NCBI GenBank assembly: GCA_048938005.1
Contig: JBHLMQ010000003.1
Location: forward strand, 96,001 to 160,000
Reading direction: 5' to 3'
Length of the DNA: 64,000 nt
Origin: Promethearchaeota archaeon
GTDB taxonomy: Archaea > Asgardarchaeota > Lokiarchaeia > Sigyniarchaeales > SOKP01
Position numbers and translations under genes: made by a program. The notes below the pieces were generated by a model that did no database searches, was not told the origin of the DNA, and was given only the letters and a program-made list of their open reading frames with translations. Below are positions 63,443-64,000 of this stretch, in pieces. Every line of letters starts with the position of its first letter. Within the stretch, counting starts at the first letter, position 1.

Positions 63443-64000
63443 ATGCTTAAAAAAAATGTTGTAATTGATTTAACTCATAATGAAATGTTAAATATTGATG
63501 ATGAAGAATTCAAGGAATTCCTTGGCCTCCTTAAGAGATTGGATCTAAAGATAAAAAAGAATGAGGATGAACATATAACAAAAGAAGCTTTAGAGAATAT
63601 TGATCTTTTAATCATTGGTAATCCTATTGATGATTTCTTTTCAAGCTTAGAAATCAAACATATTGTTGATCATGTAAGAAGTGGAGGTGGCTTATTATTA
63701 TTGAGTGAATATGGGGCCGATTATCTTCAAAAAACTAATTTAAATGATATTGCTGGAAGATTTGGTATATTTTTCGAGAAAAACATAATAAAAGAGATTA
63801 ATAGTGCCAATCAAAACTGTACAAGCATTTTACACATTCAGGATTTTTTAAAGCATGAGATAACAAAAAATATAAGAGAAATCATAATTGGTGGAGCTTG
63901 TTCCTTACTTCTAAATAAAGAAGTAAGACCATTATTACAAACGAATGATCATTCTATTTGGTCGGAAGTTTATAATAATACATCCGAGAAATGGACAAAA
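63443..64000 (+). CDS. GldG/IFT52-like (GIFT, DUF4350-type) domain protein, runs off the window end (not in the ORF track)
   Basis: Manual translation MLKKNVVIDLTHNE...IDLLIIGNP...FSSLEIKHIVDHVRSGGGLLLLSEYG...TNLNDIAGRFGIFF; I saw no stop before 64000. Confidence 0.7.
   Translation, partial: MLKKNVVIDLTHNEMLNIDDEEFKEFLGLLKRLDLKIKKNEDEHITKEALENIDLLIIGNPIDDFFSSLEIKHIVDHVRSGGGLLLLSEYGADYLQKTNLNDIAGRFGIFFEKNIIKEINSANQNCTSILHIQDFLKHEITKNIREIIIGGACSLLLNKEVRPLLQTNDHSIWSEVYNNTSEKWTK

Overview
AT-rich, gene-dense archaeal chromosome segment. The gene content points to an Asgard archaeon, probably Lokiarchaeia/Promethearchaeia-like (inference): three JAMM/MPN+ proteins, a tandem Roadblock protein, Rab-like and MglA/Arf-like GTPases, a longin-like protein, a gelsolin-domain protein, Hdr subunits and DUF39 homocysteine synthesis. 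I found no rRNA, tRNA, CRISPR array or transposase. Main observation: two unrelated protein-coding genes are each interrupted by a ~30-nt hairpin insert that folds with the flanking exons into a tRNA-intron-type bulge-helix-bulge (BHB) motif. These are purA (63185-63215, 31 nt, frameshifting, inside the GDEGKGK motif) and a zinc-ribbon/LURP-one-like gene (50203-50232, 30 nt, in-frame UAG). In both, cutting after the 2nd nucleotide of each 3-nt bulge (the splicing-endonuclease rule) restores a continuous reading frame. This suggests endonuclease-spliced mRNA mini-introns in an Asgard archaeon. Also noted: a candidate ~175-nt structured ncRNA, several small ORFs missing from the track, and eukaryote-like signalling, ubiquitin-related and actin-related modules. 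All product calls come from motif recognition by eye, not from database searches.
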